A stretch of DNA of 64,000 nucleotides from Candidatus Pacearchaeota archaeon (GTDB lineage Archaea > Nanobdellota > Nanobdellia > Pacearchaeales > GW2011-AR1): NCBI GenBank assembly GCA_016181895.1, contig JACOYL010000009.1, positions 3,346-67,345 on the forward strand. Reading direction: 5' to 3'. The position numbers were made by a program, and so were the translations under genes. Below, one piece after another: positions 55,091-64,000 of this stretch. The notes below the pieces were generated by a model. That model saw nothing but the letters and a program-made list of their open reading frames with translations, was not told where the DNA came from and did not search any database. The number at the start of each line of letters is the position of its first letter. The stretch's first letter is position 1.

Positions 55091-56035
55091 ATGGTACAAG
55101 AAATAAAAAATGAAAAAAGTTTTTGGGACATATTAGCAGGAAATCCTGGAAAAGAAATTATAACTGTTGATGGAGAAAAAGTTGCGGAGATTAGACATGA
55201 GACTACATGGACTGGAAAGCCTGTAGATAGGGTTTATACTCCAAAAGGGGAAATAGTTTCAGAAACAAAGAAGGATACAGATTGGTTAGGAAGAGATGTA
55301 AGGGTTACTCGTGATACTGGAGGAAAGGTAATTAGCAAGCAAACAGAAACTTCTTCGGGAGCTGTAATTAAACGTTATGATGGGCGCGGTAAAATAGAGA
55401 GTACAACAGAACATAAAACAAAAATTTTGGGTGGAAGTGTTGATGTTACCAGAGATTCTCGTGGTAAAGTAGTTAGCAAGACAGAGCATATAACAGATAT
55501 TTATGGAAGACCTTTTAGTCTAACTACTTATAAAGACGAAAGGAAAGATGATAAAACCAGTGGACGTAATTCAGAAGGAAGAGTAGTTGGGGTTAGTCAT
55601 CATAAAAGAAATCTCGCGGAAATAGTCAAAGAAAAAGGGCTTGAGAAAAAAGTAACGGGAGAAAGTTATTCCAGCTCTTCAAGCGAGGAATCATATTCTG
55701 CAAAGAACAAATCAAGCGGAGTTATACCAGCCATATTAATTCTTGGGGTTCTTTCTTTTATGGGATATTGCACTTATTCAAATATCATTCGTCCAGCAGT
55801 AAACTATTGGAATGAAATAAGCAGAGAGTATGATCGAATGGTCAATGAACTGATGATTTATAACCGGTTAAAAGATAAAATAAATAATGTTGCGGACAAT
55901 AATAAAAATAAATTTCTGGATTCGTTTGAAATAAAGCAAGTTTATGAGGCTCTTGGTTTAAAGTGCAACGAACTTTGTAATTTTTTAAATTTATCTTCAC
56001 AACAAATGCAGAGATATTTGGATATGCAAAAATAA
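55091..56035 (+). CDS. Membrane protein with ~25-aa N-terminal repeats
   Basis: Repeated T.(W/I).G..V.V.(R)D..G.(I/V)(I/V)S.T units; one TM helix. Confidence 0.75.
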   Translation: MVQEIKNEKSFWDILAGNPGKEIITVDGEKVAEIRHETTWTGKPVDRVYTPKGEIVSETKKDTDWLGRDVRVTRDTGGKVISKQTETSSGAVIKRYDGRGKIESTTEHKTKILGGSVDVTRDSRGKVVSKTEHITDIYGRPFSLTTYKDERKDDKTSGRNSEGRVVGVSHHKRNLAEIVKEKGLEKKVTGESYSSSSSEESYSAKNKSSGVIPAILILGVLSFMGYCTYSNIIRPAVNYWNEISREYDRMVNELMIYNRLKDKINNVADNNKNKFLDSFEIKQVYEALGLKCNELCNFLNLSSQQMQRYLDMQK

Positions 56036-56220
56036 TAATTTTTAAATAAAATGCGAAAAATATTTAATACGATTGAAGAAGTTGTTACTGAGAAGGTGAG
56101 TGCAGAATAAAAACATCAGACAACTTTTCTTATTCTTCCGGATTTGACATCTTCCAAGCTGTCTTTGAATTGCCTTATCAAATCAAAACTCTTAAAAACC
56201 CATTTCCTTTTCTTCTTTCG

Positions 56221-56476
56221 CAGACTAGGTTGGCGGGTTAGCCCTCCGCTATTTGCAAACGGGCTTCATGGCAAACTGCGAGGAAGACGTGACAGACGCG
56301 TTGAAAAGTCTTTATTTGGACGTTGACGTTTTGTCCGCTTTGATCTTGCAGGTGCGAAACGGGTCAGGCCTTGATCGGAGCAGCCCTAAACATTTGTTAA
56401 GGTGCTTGGCGGGTTACAGGACCGAGAAAGAATGAAGGAAACTATTCAGTGTGTTTGAAGCAACCTTCCGAGTCTG
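56221..56476 (+). ncRNA. Signal recognition particle (SRP/7S) RNA, divergent
   Basis: GGGTCAGG-CC..GG-AGCAGCCC helix-8 motif at 56361-56386; CAGACT/AGTCTG terminal helix; GC-rich intergenic island; ACTAGG...GGGTT Alu-like 5' end. Confidence 0.85.
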
Positions 56477-56484
56477 CGTATAAT

Positions 56485-56850
56485 ATGTTCAATCCGCTAA
56501 AACCATTTCAGAGACATGATGACAAATTTTTTGCCTTCCTTTTAGAAAACGATTTCTCGAAAGATTTGGAATTTATTACCCATTTAATTTTGATATCTGA
56601 AAGAGATACCGAGAAAATTCCTATGATAGAACCTTTATTGGATTCTCTAAGAGAAAAGTACTCAAAAGAAAACCCCTCCTATAAATATGCCTCAAAAAAT
56701 TTGAGGGATGAATATGATGAAATTAGCGGCAAAATAAACCGGATTTTGCGGTTGGACTCTTTGAGAATGAGCCACAATCCAAGAAGCAAAGTATATCAGC
56801 ATGCTTACAGGCTTTTAAGAAAAGAATTGAGTCAAATAAATTATAATTGA
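56485..56850 (+). CDS. Hypothetical protein
   Basis: Start taken at the ATG after the SRP RNA. Confidence 0.5.
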   Translation: MFNPLKPFQRHDDKFFAFLLENDFSKDLEFITHLILISERDTEKIPMIEPLLDSLREKYSKENPSYKYASKNLRDEYDEISGKINRILRLDSLRMSHNPRSKVYQHAYRLLRKELSQINYN

Positions 56851-56851
56851 T

Positions 56852-59731
56852 TTATCTCCTCCTGAAAACAGCAATAAGCAAGATTAAAACTCCGACAACC
56901 AAATTCATCCAAACCAGATATTTGTTTGCAGTGTCAAACTGTTTGTAAAATTCGCCGTTTATGTTATTCCCTTGGATTTCATTGTTCGTTGTTTCGCCAT
57001 TTTCATGATTCAAGTCGCTTGAAGATAAAAGAATTTTCTTGAATGCTGAAAATTCTGTTTTAACTTCATCAAAGCCGTCGTCAAAAACAACCTTTGCATT
57101 TAAACTATATTTTCCCTGCTCAAAATTTTCGGGAATTTTTATAGTGACGTTCCAAAATGCTTTGTCATCTTCGTCAAATTCCTCCAATTCAAAAACCTCG
57201 CTGACTATATTTATTTCCATTTCGGGAATGCTGACAACGACATAAACCTCTTCATCTCTTGTTCCGATGTTTTCAATTGAAACCCCGACATTCAAATAAT
57301 CTCCGAGATAAGCATAAGGGCTTGTCGTCAATTCTTTTATTATGACGTTGTGCTTTTCCCTTTCAGCATCAATTAAAATCGCTTCCTCATTGCATTGCGA
57401 TTCCTGATTGTTTTTTTCGTATGCTTTCATGTATAATATGTAATTGTCATTTTCATCCAAATCTCTTGGAATTTCAAGCTCGAATTCAAATTCCTCGCCT
57501 TCATTTCCTTTTATTCTCTCGTCATGGCTTTCTTTTTCTTCCTCTTTATTTTTATCAACATTGTATAAAACCGCTTTGAGAACTAGATCCTTGCTTTGCT
57601 CGTTGTTGTTTCTTACATCTGCTTCAATGTCAACAAAATCTCCAACTTCAACCTCGTCATTTTCCTCGGGGTCGTTTAAATCAATCTCCAAATTTCCCCG
57701 AACCCCTGAAATGCATTTTGCCAATCCTGTTAAGAGGCTTAAGTCAATTATCTCTCCGCTTCCGGTTACAAAGAAAGAAGAAAAATGCTCGACTTCAAAT
57801 TCGACAATTCCGTTTGCCGTCGGAAAATTTGTGTAATTAATGATTTCACAAAAATCACAATTCTGATTTATCTGGCTTGAAATACTTGTGAAACCGCTTG
57901 TAAAAAGGATTTTCGGAACGGAATTGTAACTTGCTTTAAGGGTTATTGTCGCGTTTTTGTTCAATTCAGGATATTTCGTGGTGTTTACGGCTATAATTCC
58001 ATTTTGAATTATCACGTTTCCGTCAATGTCCAAAACGTTTGTCAAATCCACGACATCGTTGAATGTGATTTTTCCGGCAGAATTCTCAAGCGTGAAATCC
58101 GATACGTTGCTCAAATCGGCAACAGCCGAAAGATTTGTCGTCGCGTTTCCCGTGAAGGAATTCATTATTGGAATTATCGTGGAAATTAAATTCCATTCTT
58201 TTGCAACTTCATTGTTTCCCAAATCGAAAACAATTACTGTTATGTTAAATTGCCCAAGATTTTGAGATTGATATAAAAAACTGCTTGTGTTTGTTTCATT
58301 CTGGATTCCGTTGACAAACCATCTATAAATTAAGGTATCTCCGCCGAAATCAACGGCAGTTACATTGAACATCTGGCTTTGATTTTGTTTTATAATAATT
58401 TGCGATTCCAAAGGACTGAAATTTGTTATCTGCGGCAATCCGTTGTTAATCAAAATTTGTGCAATCGTGCTTACATTTGCATTATTCACATTATCTATAG
58501 AACTTATATTAATAAAATAAAATCCATCCAAAAATGAAGATGTATTGAAAGAATTGTTAATCCAGTTTCCTCCGATAAATTTTGCCGGATAAGTCATGTT
58601 TCCCACGCTGAAAACAAGCGATTGAACCCCGCTTAAATCAGAAACGCTTGCATTTAAGAGAGTCATTCCGAAAATCGTTGAATTGTTTGCAGGAGAATTC
58701 AAAGTTGCTATCGGGGCGGTATTGTCGACGAAAATTGTCCCGACAAAAATTTCAACAGTATTATTTCCTGTGTCTGTTAAAGTTGTATTGATTGTATAAA
58801 TTCCGTCTGGAACAAATGGGGGAATTGTTTCTGTAAATCCTCCTTTCCAAACTTCAACATTTGAATAAACATTATTTGGACCCACAAAAAATTTAACTTG
58901 ATCAGCGCTTGAATTATGAATCTCTGTTCTTCCCCAGTCCTCAATTAATTCCGAGGCGTTCATTGTTATGTTTGCAAAGTCATAAAATCCGTCCTGGTTT
59001 GCCGGCGAGAAAATGTAATCGCTGCCGTTGAAATAAGCTCCGGAGATTGTGGTTGAGTTTAGTGTTGGAAAAACTTCGTCAAAGAATTCAACAATCTGTC
59101 CGTTAATTACTACATCATCAACATAAGACTCATGTTCCAAATATTGTGGAATCCAACCATCAATTTCTATTTGGATTTTTAATATGTTCGCGCCGGAATA
59201 ATTTATTTTCCAGTCTGCAAGTGATTTATGATTGTTATCAAATGTTGAGTCTCCGCAAGGTCCCGGAGGTCCGGAATTCAACCAGGCATAACTTAAATTT
59301 GTTAAAATTCCCTTATCATCAAAAGTGCTTAGGTTTCCTGTGGGATATGGTGCATTATCACAATTTGATTGATCAACTTTTGCATATTCAAAGACAAGAA
59401 CTTCTCCATTATCGAGAAAAATATCCGCATGTGGCAAATAACCTTGAACAACATTTGCCTGCCAAGAGATATTTTCCAAATCGATTAATGGTACTGGAAC
59501 ATCAAATGTTATGTTTATTCTTGCTTCATTTGAAGGAGGGTAACTTGTTATATTATCCGCCTGCAAATAAACAGATTCTGAACCGCTAAAATTCCAGTTT
59601 GTTGAAATTTGGGAGATTGCAGAACCTGTAACCGACAAATCCGAGGTCGTGGAAAAAGCAGAAGTAAAAATAGCAACAAGAACAAGAATCAACAATAACA
59701 CAAATACACTCTCAATCCCTCTTCCCCCCAT
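56852..59731 (-). CDS. Large surface glycoprotein with Ig-like domains
   Basis: Signal/TM at both ends, many N-x-S/T sequons, VDNTAP and VEHFSSF motifs. Confidence 0.8.
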   Translation of the reverse strand: MGGRGIESVFVLLLILVLVAIFTSAFSTTSDLSVTGSAISQISTNWNFSGSESVYLQADNITSYPPSNEARINITFDVPVPLIDLENISWQANVVQGYLPHADIFLDNGEVLVFEYAKVDQSNCDNAPYPTGNLSTFDDKGILTNLSYAWLNSGPPGPCGDSTFDNNHKSLADWKINYSGANILKIQIEIDGWIPQYLEHESYVDDVVINGQIVEFFDEVFPTLNSTTISGAYFNGSDYIFSPANQDGFYDFANITMNASELIEDWGRTEIHNSSADQVKFFVGPNNVYSNVEVWKGGFTETIPPFVPDGIYTINTTLTDTGNNTVEIFVGTIFVDNTAPIATLNSPANNSTIFGMTLLNASVSDLSGVQSLVFSVGNMTYPAKFIGGNWINNSFNTSSFLDGFYFINISSIDNVNNANVSTIAQILINNGLPQITNFSPLESQIIIKQNQSQMFNVTAVDFGGDTLIYRWFVNGIQNETNTSSFLYQSQNLGQFNITVIVFDLGNNEVAKEWNLISTIIPIMNSFTGNATTNLSAVADLSNVSDFTLENSAGKITFNDVVDLTNVLDIDGNVIIQNGIIAVNTTKYPELNKNATITLKASYNSVPKILFTSGFTSISSQINQNCDFCEIINYTNFPTANGIVEFEVEHFSSFFVTGSGEIIDLSLLTGLAKCISGVRGNLEIDLNDPEENDEVEVGDFVDIEADVRNNNEQSKDLVLKAVLYNVDKNKEEEKESHDERIKGNEGEEFEFELEIPRDLDENDNYILYMKAYEKNNQESQCNEEAILIDAEREKHNVIIKELTTSPYAYLGDYLNVGVSIENIGTRDEEVYVVVSIPEMEINIVSEVFELEEFDEDDKAFWNVTIKIPENFEQGKYSLNAKVVFDDGFDEVKTEFSAFKKILLSSSDLNHENGETTNNEIQGNNINGEFYKQFDTANKYLVWMNLVVGVLILLIAVFRRR

Positions 59732-59796
59732 ATTTCCTCAATTCAGTTTTCATATTTAAGCATTATTGTCCTCTAAAAATATTGTTTGAAATAATG

Positions 59797-60582
59797 CTAA
59801 TAACTCTTCCACAAAACCAATTTTCCTTCCTCATCTCTGAGGAACAGAGTATCTCCTGTTCTTGTCCAGACATAATTCTCATTTTTCCAGAATAAAACAT
59901 TTTCCTTGCCAGTTTCATTGCCGACTTTTATTGTAATTTCTTTATTTCCATTTAATACAAATTTTAGAAAAATGAATTTCTTTCTTCCCTCGTCCTTTAT
60001 TTCCCAATTTGTTAAATCGCAGGAAAAATCGCATTTGTTTCCAAAAACAACAATTTCATTTTTGTAGTCAAAATTTTTCAATTCCACGCAGCTTGAACAA
60101 ATATCTTTTGATTTCTCGCACAAATTTATATTTTTCTTCAAACATTCGTTCCACGCTTCTTGGAAATTATCATAATAAACATCTTTTCCTGCGGGAAAAT
60201 AATAATTCCCGAATCCATTTTCTACAACTCCCAGATTTACATTTTCTCCATTGAGAAAAATATATGCCAGGGTTCTGTTGTACAAGTCCTTTCTTTCCTT
60301 TCCGAATTTTAATTGAACTGTTTTATTAAGAATTTCCTTTTCCAAAAATTCCTTCGCTTCACTATAATATTTCTCTTTTCTTTCCGGCGTGTTAATTCCG
60401 AGAAGCCTTATGCTTTCATTGTTCCCGATTATTGTGTCTCCGTCGACGATTCTTGAAACAAAAGCTTCTTCGTCGCTTTCCAGAAATTTTACAACAAGAC
60501 TGTCAAGGAAAGAATAATCAACTGTGAACAAAAACAGGAAAAGAAAAATCAGGAGATAAATGTCTATTCTCTTTTTGCTCAT
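59797..60582 (-). CDS. Membrane-anchored thermonuclease (SNase) with lamin-tail-like domain
   Basis: IVDGDT, IRLLGINTPE, DLYNRTLAY; C-terminal DLTNWEIKDE...VW..GDT..LRD..G. Confidence 0.9.
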   Translation of the reverse strand: MSKKRIDIYLLIFLFLFLFTVDYSFLDSLVVKFLESDEEAFVSRIVDGDTIIGNNESIRLLGINTPERKEKYYSEAKEFLEKEILNKTVQLKFGKERKDLYNRTLAYIFLNGENVNLGVVENGFGNYYFPAGKDVYYDNFQEAWNECLKKNINLCEKSKDICSSCVELKNFDYKNEIVVFGNKCDFSCDLTNWEIKDEGRKKFIFLKFVLNGNKEITIKVGNETGKENVLFWKNENYVWTRTGDTLFLRDEEGKLVLWKSY

Positions 60583-60824
60583 AAAACAATAAAAAAATTT
60601 ATCTTAATAATCGAATAGCGGTCGGCTTTTCCTGTTTCTGAAAGAATTTTTGTTCCATCTTTTTCCCTATGCTCTCTCCAAAGTCTTTCCTCATAAGTTT
60701 CATTTCTTCTAAATGTTTGTTGTTGATTTTCAGTTCTGTTTGAATATTGTCTATTTAGTGTACAACCTCCAATTGCAACAATTCCCACAATTAATGGCGT
60801 AATTACATATTTTCTTAAATTCAT
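60579..60824 (-). CDS. Small hypothetical lipoprotein-like ORFan
   Basis: Hydrophobic leader ending IGGC; ATGA overlap with the nuclease. Confidence 0.45.
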   Translation of the reverse strand: MNLRKYVITPLIVGIVAIGGCTLNRQYSNRTENQQQTFRRNETYEERLWREHREKDGTKILSETGKADRYSIIKINFFIVL

Positions 60825-60877
60825 TATTAGTCTTGGGAAAAAGAATACTTAAACATTATTATAAAAAAGGATATATA

Positions 60878-62251
60878 TTATTCCAGGCTTCCCCTTTGCT
60901 CCGAGACAAAGAACGCCTTGTTCGACGATGTTTCATGTATCTCTCCTTCTTTTTCATAAATCGCGGTTGCTTCCGGCAATGCAAATTTTCCCATCACTCC
61001 GACTTTTGAATAAATCACGTATGAAAGCACCCTCTTTTCGCCGGGCATGAGATTGCTTATGTCCCACTCGATTCTTCTCAGTTTGTCGTTGATTCTGCTT
61101 GGTTTTTCACCGCCGAATCTCTCGTAAAGTTTTACAAGCGGCGGGATTCTATCAACGACGCTTATTCTCTCAACATGCCTTCTTGCTCCGACGACAATGG
61201 AAATCTTCAATGCAAATTCCCCGCCTTTGGCATGGACAAAAGAAACCTTTTTTCTCAAAACAAGATTTGTCATCGCATATTGCTTTACTATCACGACTAT
61301 CGCAACAATAAAGAAAATCACAAGCAGCGGGAAAAGCCAGTTTGTCCTTACCGTGATTTTCAAACTCTCTCCTGGATTTATTTCCTTTGCCCAGGTGTAA
61401 TAAACATTGAATCCCTGCCTTCTCACGGAATCCGGCTCAGGATTCAAAGTCGTGAACAATCTGGAAATAATGTTCTTTTTTATTGTTGTTTGCGATTCAG
61501 CGACGACATTTCCCTGATTTTTCTTTTCTATGACATGCGTGCCGATTAAAAATCCGTAGTCGTTCTCTGTTGTTTTCAGCAAATCCTGTTCGACAAATTT
61601 CACAACACCCTCGACCTTTGCGTCTTCATTTTTGTACGTGACATCCGCCTTCAAAGTGTAAAAACCTGCTGTTAATTTTTCAAAATCCTCCCTGTTCAAT
61701 TGAACCAAAAACTCCTTTCTCTCAAAAGCCTTCAATGGAATGTCCTGCTCCAATTCAAAAAACGGAGAATCAAAACTGACGCGAATGATGTCAAAATTAA
61801 AATTTACCTTGTTGCTTATGTACACGTTTATCGAGCTTGTTTCCGGAAATATTTCCCACGAGCCTATTTCAAAAGCGTCTTTCAAATCAATCATGTTTAT
61901 TGTGACTTTTTCGGAAACTTTTTCCTTGTTGGTTCCCTGTATGAAATATTCGAAAGTGTAAAATCCGTTGAAATTCAAATCCTCTCTTGGATAAATCATC
62001 AATTGAACGTCTTTTGTTTCGCCGCCCGCTATCAAAACAGTTCCTTTCGGCGCCATGGAAAACCCGAGAAGATTGTAAAATTCAAAGTTGTCGCTGCTTC
62101 CGAGATTTTTTACCTTCAAGTCAAAAGTTGCCGGTTCGTTCACGTTGTTTATTATCACTTCCCTTGAACCGACTTTTTGAACCTCAAGATTTATTGCCGA
62201 GAGATACGGGAGAGCCAATAACAGAATTATCAAAAAAATCAATTTTTTCAT
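60878..62251 (-). CDS. Secreted/membrane hypothetical protein with beta-rich domains
   Basis: Signal peptide, internal TM, 457 aa. Confidence 0.8.
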   Translation of the reverse strand: MKKLIFLIILLLALPYLSAINLEVQKVGSREVIINNVNEPATFDLKVKNLGSSDNFEFYNLLGFSMAPKGTVLIAGGETKDVQLMIYPREDLNFNGFYTFEYFIQGTNKEKVSEKVTINMIDLKDAFEIGSWEIFPETSSINVYISNKVNFNFDIIRVSFDSPFFELEQDIPLKAFERKEFLVQLNREDFEKLTAGFYTLKADVTYKNEDAKVEGVVKFVEQDLLKTTENDYGFLIGTHVIEKKNQGNVVAESQTTIKKNIISRLFTTLNPEPDSVRRQGFNVYYTWAKEINPGESLKITVRTNWLFPLLVIFFIVAIVVIVKQYAMTNLVLRKKVSFVHAKGGEFALKISIVVGARRHVERISVVDRIPPLVKLYERFGGEKPSRINDKLRRIEWDISNLMPGEKRVLSYVIYSKVGVMGKFALPEATAIYEKEGEIHETSSNKAFFVSEQRGSLE

Positions 62252-62310
62252 GAAAAATCATGGAATAACTTTATTTTAAGGATTTCGGTTGTGGAAATAT
62301 TGTTTTTGAT

Positions 62311-62814
62311 TTATTTCCTTCCTTCCAAATCCAGATACGCCTTTGCCTGGTTTAGAAATTCGTCGCATTCCTCCGCAATTTTTCCCTGATACTCTTCGAC
62401 TCTGGATGGTATGACCCATTTTTCATAAACGCTTCTCAGGAATTTTCTGAAAGCGGACATTTCAAATTTTCCCTGATAATCCCTTGCAAGCACGCCTTTC
62501 ATTTTTATTTCCACCGCGCCGCGGTTTGTCTGTATTTTCACGCCGCCCTGATTTATTTCGGCTTTTGTCAAATTTGAAATCCTGAAATCAACCCTTGTTT
62601 CAAACTGGAAATAATCAGTCATTCTTTTGAAGCAAACCCACGTTATCTCGATTCCTTTCGCGTCTCCCGTCAGTTTTTCCGAATATTTTGTTTCCGAAAG
62701 TATAAGCCCTGTTTCTTCCGTGAGCCACGCATGGCAGAAATTGTAAAAATCCGTGAATGAAAAAATCCCGTTGTATCTTATCTTGCTTGAAAACACAGTG
62801 TCTTTTTCCACCAT
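62311..62814 (-). CDS. Hypothetical protein
   Basis: 167-aa ORF with core-type codon usage. Confidence 0.75.
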   Translation of the reverse strand: MVEKDTVFSSKIRYNGIFSFTDFYNFCHAWLTEETGLILSETKYSEKLTGDAKGIEITWVCFKRMTDYFQFETRVDFRISNLTKAEINQGGVKIQTNRGAVEIKMKGVLARDYQGKFEMSAFRKFLRSVYEKWVIPSRVEEYQGKIAEECDEFLNQAKAYLDLEGRK

Positions 62815-62907
62815 TCAGCAACCCCCGAGGAAACATGCAAATATTTGATTTACTTTTTCTGCCATTTTAGAATTAGTGAAATTTTATTTAAATATTCTTC
62901 GGATTAT

Positions 62908-63095
62908 GGCTTTGTTTAAACAGTAATCGCTATTTAAAATTTGGCTCGCATTCTGCTCACAATTGATAAAAAAATTAACTAAAAAACAATTGGTCTTGTA
63001 TTAACCTTATTAGTAATATGCGAACCGTGCCATCGGCGTTCGAGGAGGAGCCGTTTTGTTTAATAAATCAAAATTCGGAATTCTTAAACAAAGCA
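62908..63095 (+). mobile_element. MITE (family A) copy
   Basis: GGCTTTGTTTAA...TTAAACAAAGCA; TTGGCTCGCATTCTGCTC identical to 39656-39673; flanks GGATTAT/GAATTAT. Confidence 0.8.
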
Positions 63096-63101
63096 GAATT
63101 A

Positions 63102-63674
63102 TTACAATATATTCATGCAGCCTTCACAGAGAAGCATCCCGTTGAATTTCTGCAAAACGCTTTGCCTTCCGCAGCGTTCGCACGAGCCTTCTTCCCTTGA
63201 CATTTCCGACTCTTTTTTTTCCCTGATTCTTTTCAGTTTTTCAGATTCTTCCTTGATTTTTGCGAACTCTTCAAGCTCCGTGTAAATCTCCGGATGGAAA
63301 CTCAAAATATCCCTTACAGTTATGATTCCGACAAGCTCTTTTTTCTTCACGACGGGAAGCCTCTCGAATTTCAATTCCTTTATTTTTTTTATCGCCTCCC
63401 TTATCGTGGCTTCCGGCTTTACCGTCGCGATTTTTTTCGGGGAAATGTCAATGGCTTTTATTTTTCCCAAGTCCTCTTTCGGTTTTTTAACCAAAGCCCA
63501 TAGAATGTCCTTGTTTGTTATTATTCCGAGAAGCCTTTTTTTGTCGTCGGTTATGACGAGGCTCCCCATGTTTTTTCTTACCATGATTTTCGCGCATTCA
63601 AGCAAATTTGTATCGGGTTTGATTTTTGTGGGATTGTGGGTCATTATGTCCGAAACAAGCACTTCCTTTAACAT
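63102..63674 (-). CDS. CBS-domain pair protein with C-terminal Zn ribbon
   Basis: VSDIMT, LLGIITNKDI, RLPVV..LVGIITVRDI; CERCG...CEGC. Confidence 0.9.
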   Translation of the reverse strand: MLKEVLVSDIMTHNPTKIKPDTNLLECAKIMVRKNMGSLVITDDKKRLLGIITNKDILWALVKKPKEDLGKIKAIDISPKKIATVKPEATIREAIKKIKELKFERLPVVKKKELVGIITVRDILSFHPEIYTELEEFAKIKEESEKLKRIREKKESEMSREEGSCERCGRQSVLQKFNGMLLCEGCMNIL

Positions 63675-63755
63675 AAGACTCTTAAGAAAAAGGCGGTTAT
63701 ATAATTTTCTTCTGTAGAACAATAATGCTTAAAAGCCCGGTGGAAATCCCTTTTT

Positions 63756-64000
63756 ATGGATAGAGATGTTGCCAGTAAATTGGTTGAAGAATTGTCCAAA
63801 CACACTCTTATTTTTCCGATTGATGAAGACAAATTTCTTGAGATTCTAATGGTTTTAGATGTTCCGGAATCTTCAAGATTTTATCATGATATGCCTGAGA
63901 ATGAACAGATTTTAAACGAGTCTGATAGATATCATTATCTCTCTTTAAGGAGGGTTTTGAGAAACAGGAATGCGGCAAATTACAAATTATCTGGGGCAAA
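63756..64000 (+). CDS. Hypothetical protein, truncated by window end
   Basis: ATG 63756, frame open to the end of the window. Confidence 0.5.
   Translation, partial: MDRDVASKLVEELSKHTLIFPIDEDKFLEILMVLDVPESSRFYHDMPENEQILNESDRYHYLSLRRVLRNRNAANYKLSGA

Noticed and set aside
56144..56435. Two 60-aa ORFs
   Set aside because: They overlap the SRP RNA; spurious.

Overview
Archaeal chromosomal window. The gene content is RpoK, exosome Rrp4/41/42, SBDS, proteasome alpha/beta, aCPSF1, archaeal CCA enzyme, OapABC and class III signal-peptide pilins. Together with the low GC and sparse metabolism, this suggests a DPANN/Pacearchaeota-like genome (inference). The backbone is: rps2-eno-rpoK-exosome-psmA-pop5 superoperon, RNase J, Mre11/Rad50, PsmB-aCPSF1, presenilin-like protease, TrmB, CCA, oapABC, surface proteins, RtcB, a type IV pilus locus with seven prepilin-like genes, a tRNA-Tyr, and a divergent SRP RNA. 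The most unusual layer is how this backbone is interrupted. (1) AT-rich ORFans are slotted between almost every pair of conserved operon genes, with translational coupling and short microhomology at the start codons. (2) There is a non-autonomous MITE family with IS903-like ends, one copy having a perfect 9-bp target duplication. (3) A related degenerate ~100-150 bp intergenic element occurs in about 10 copies, concentrated around the pilin genes. (4) Palindromic sub-elements sit in-frame in two prepilin leaders and in RtcB. (5) There are seven toxin-antitoxin loci, one flanked by a duplicated pop5 3' end. All product calls come from motif recognition only; no database searches were run.
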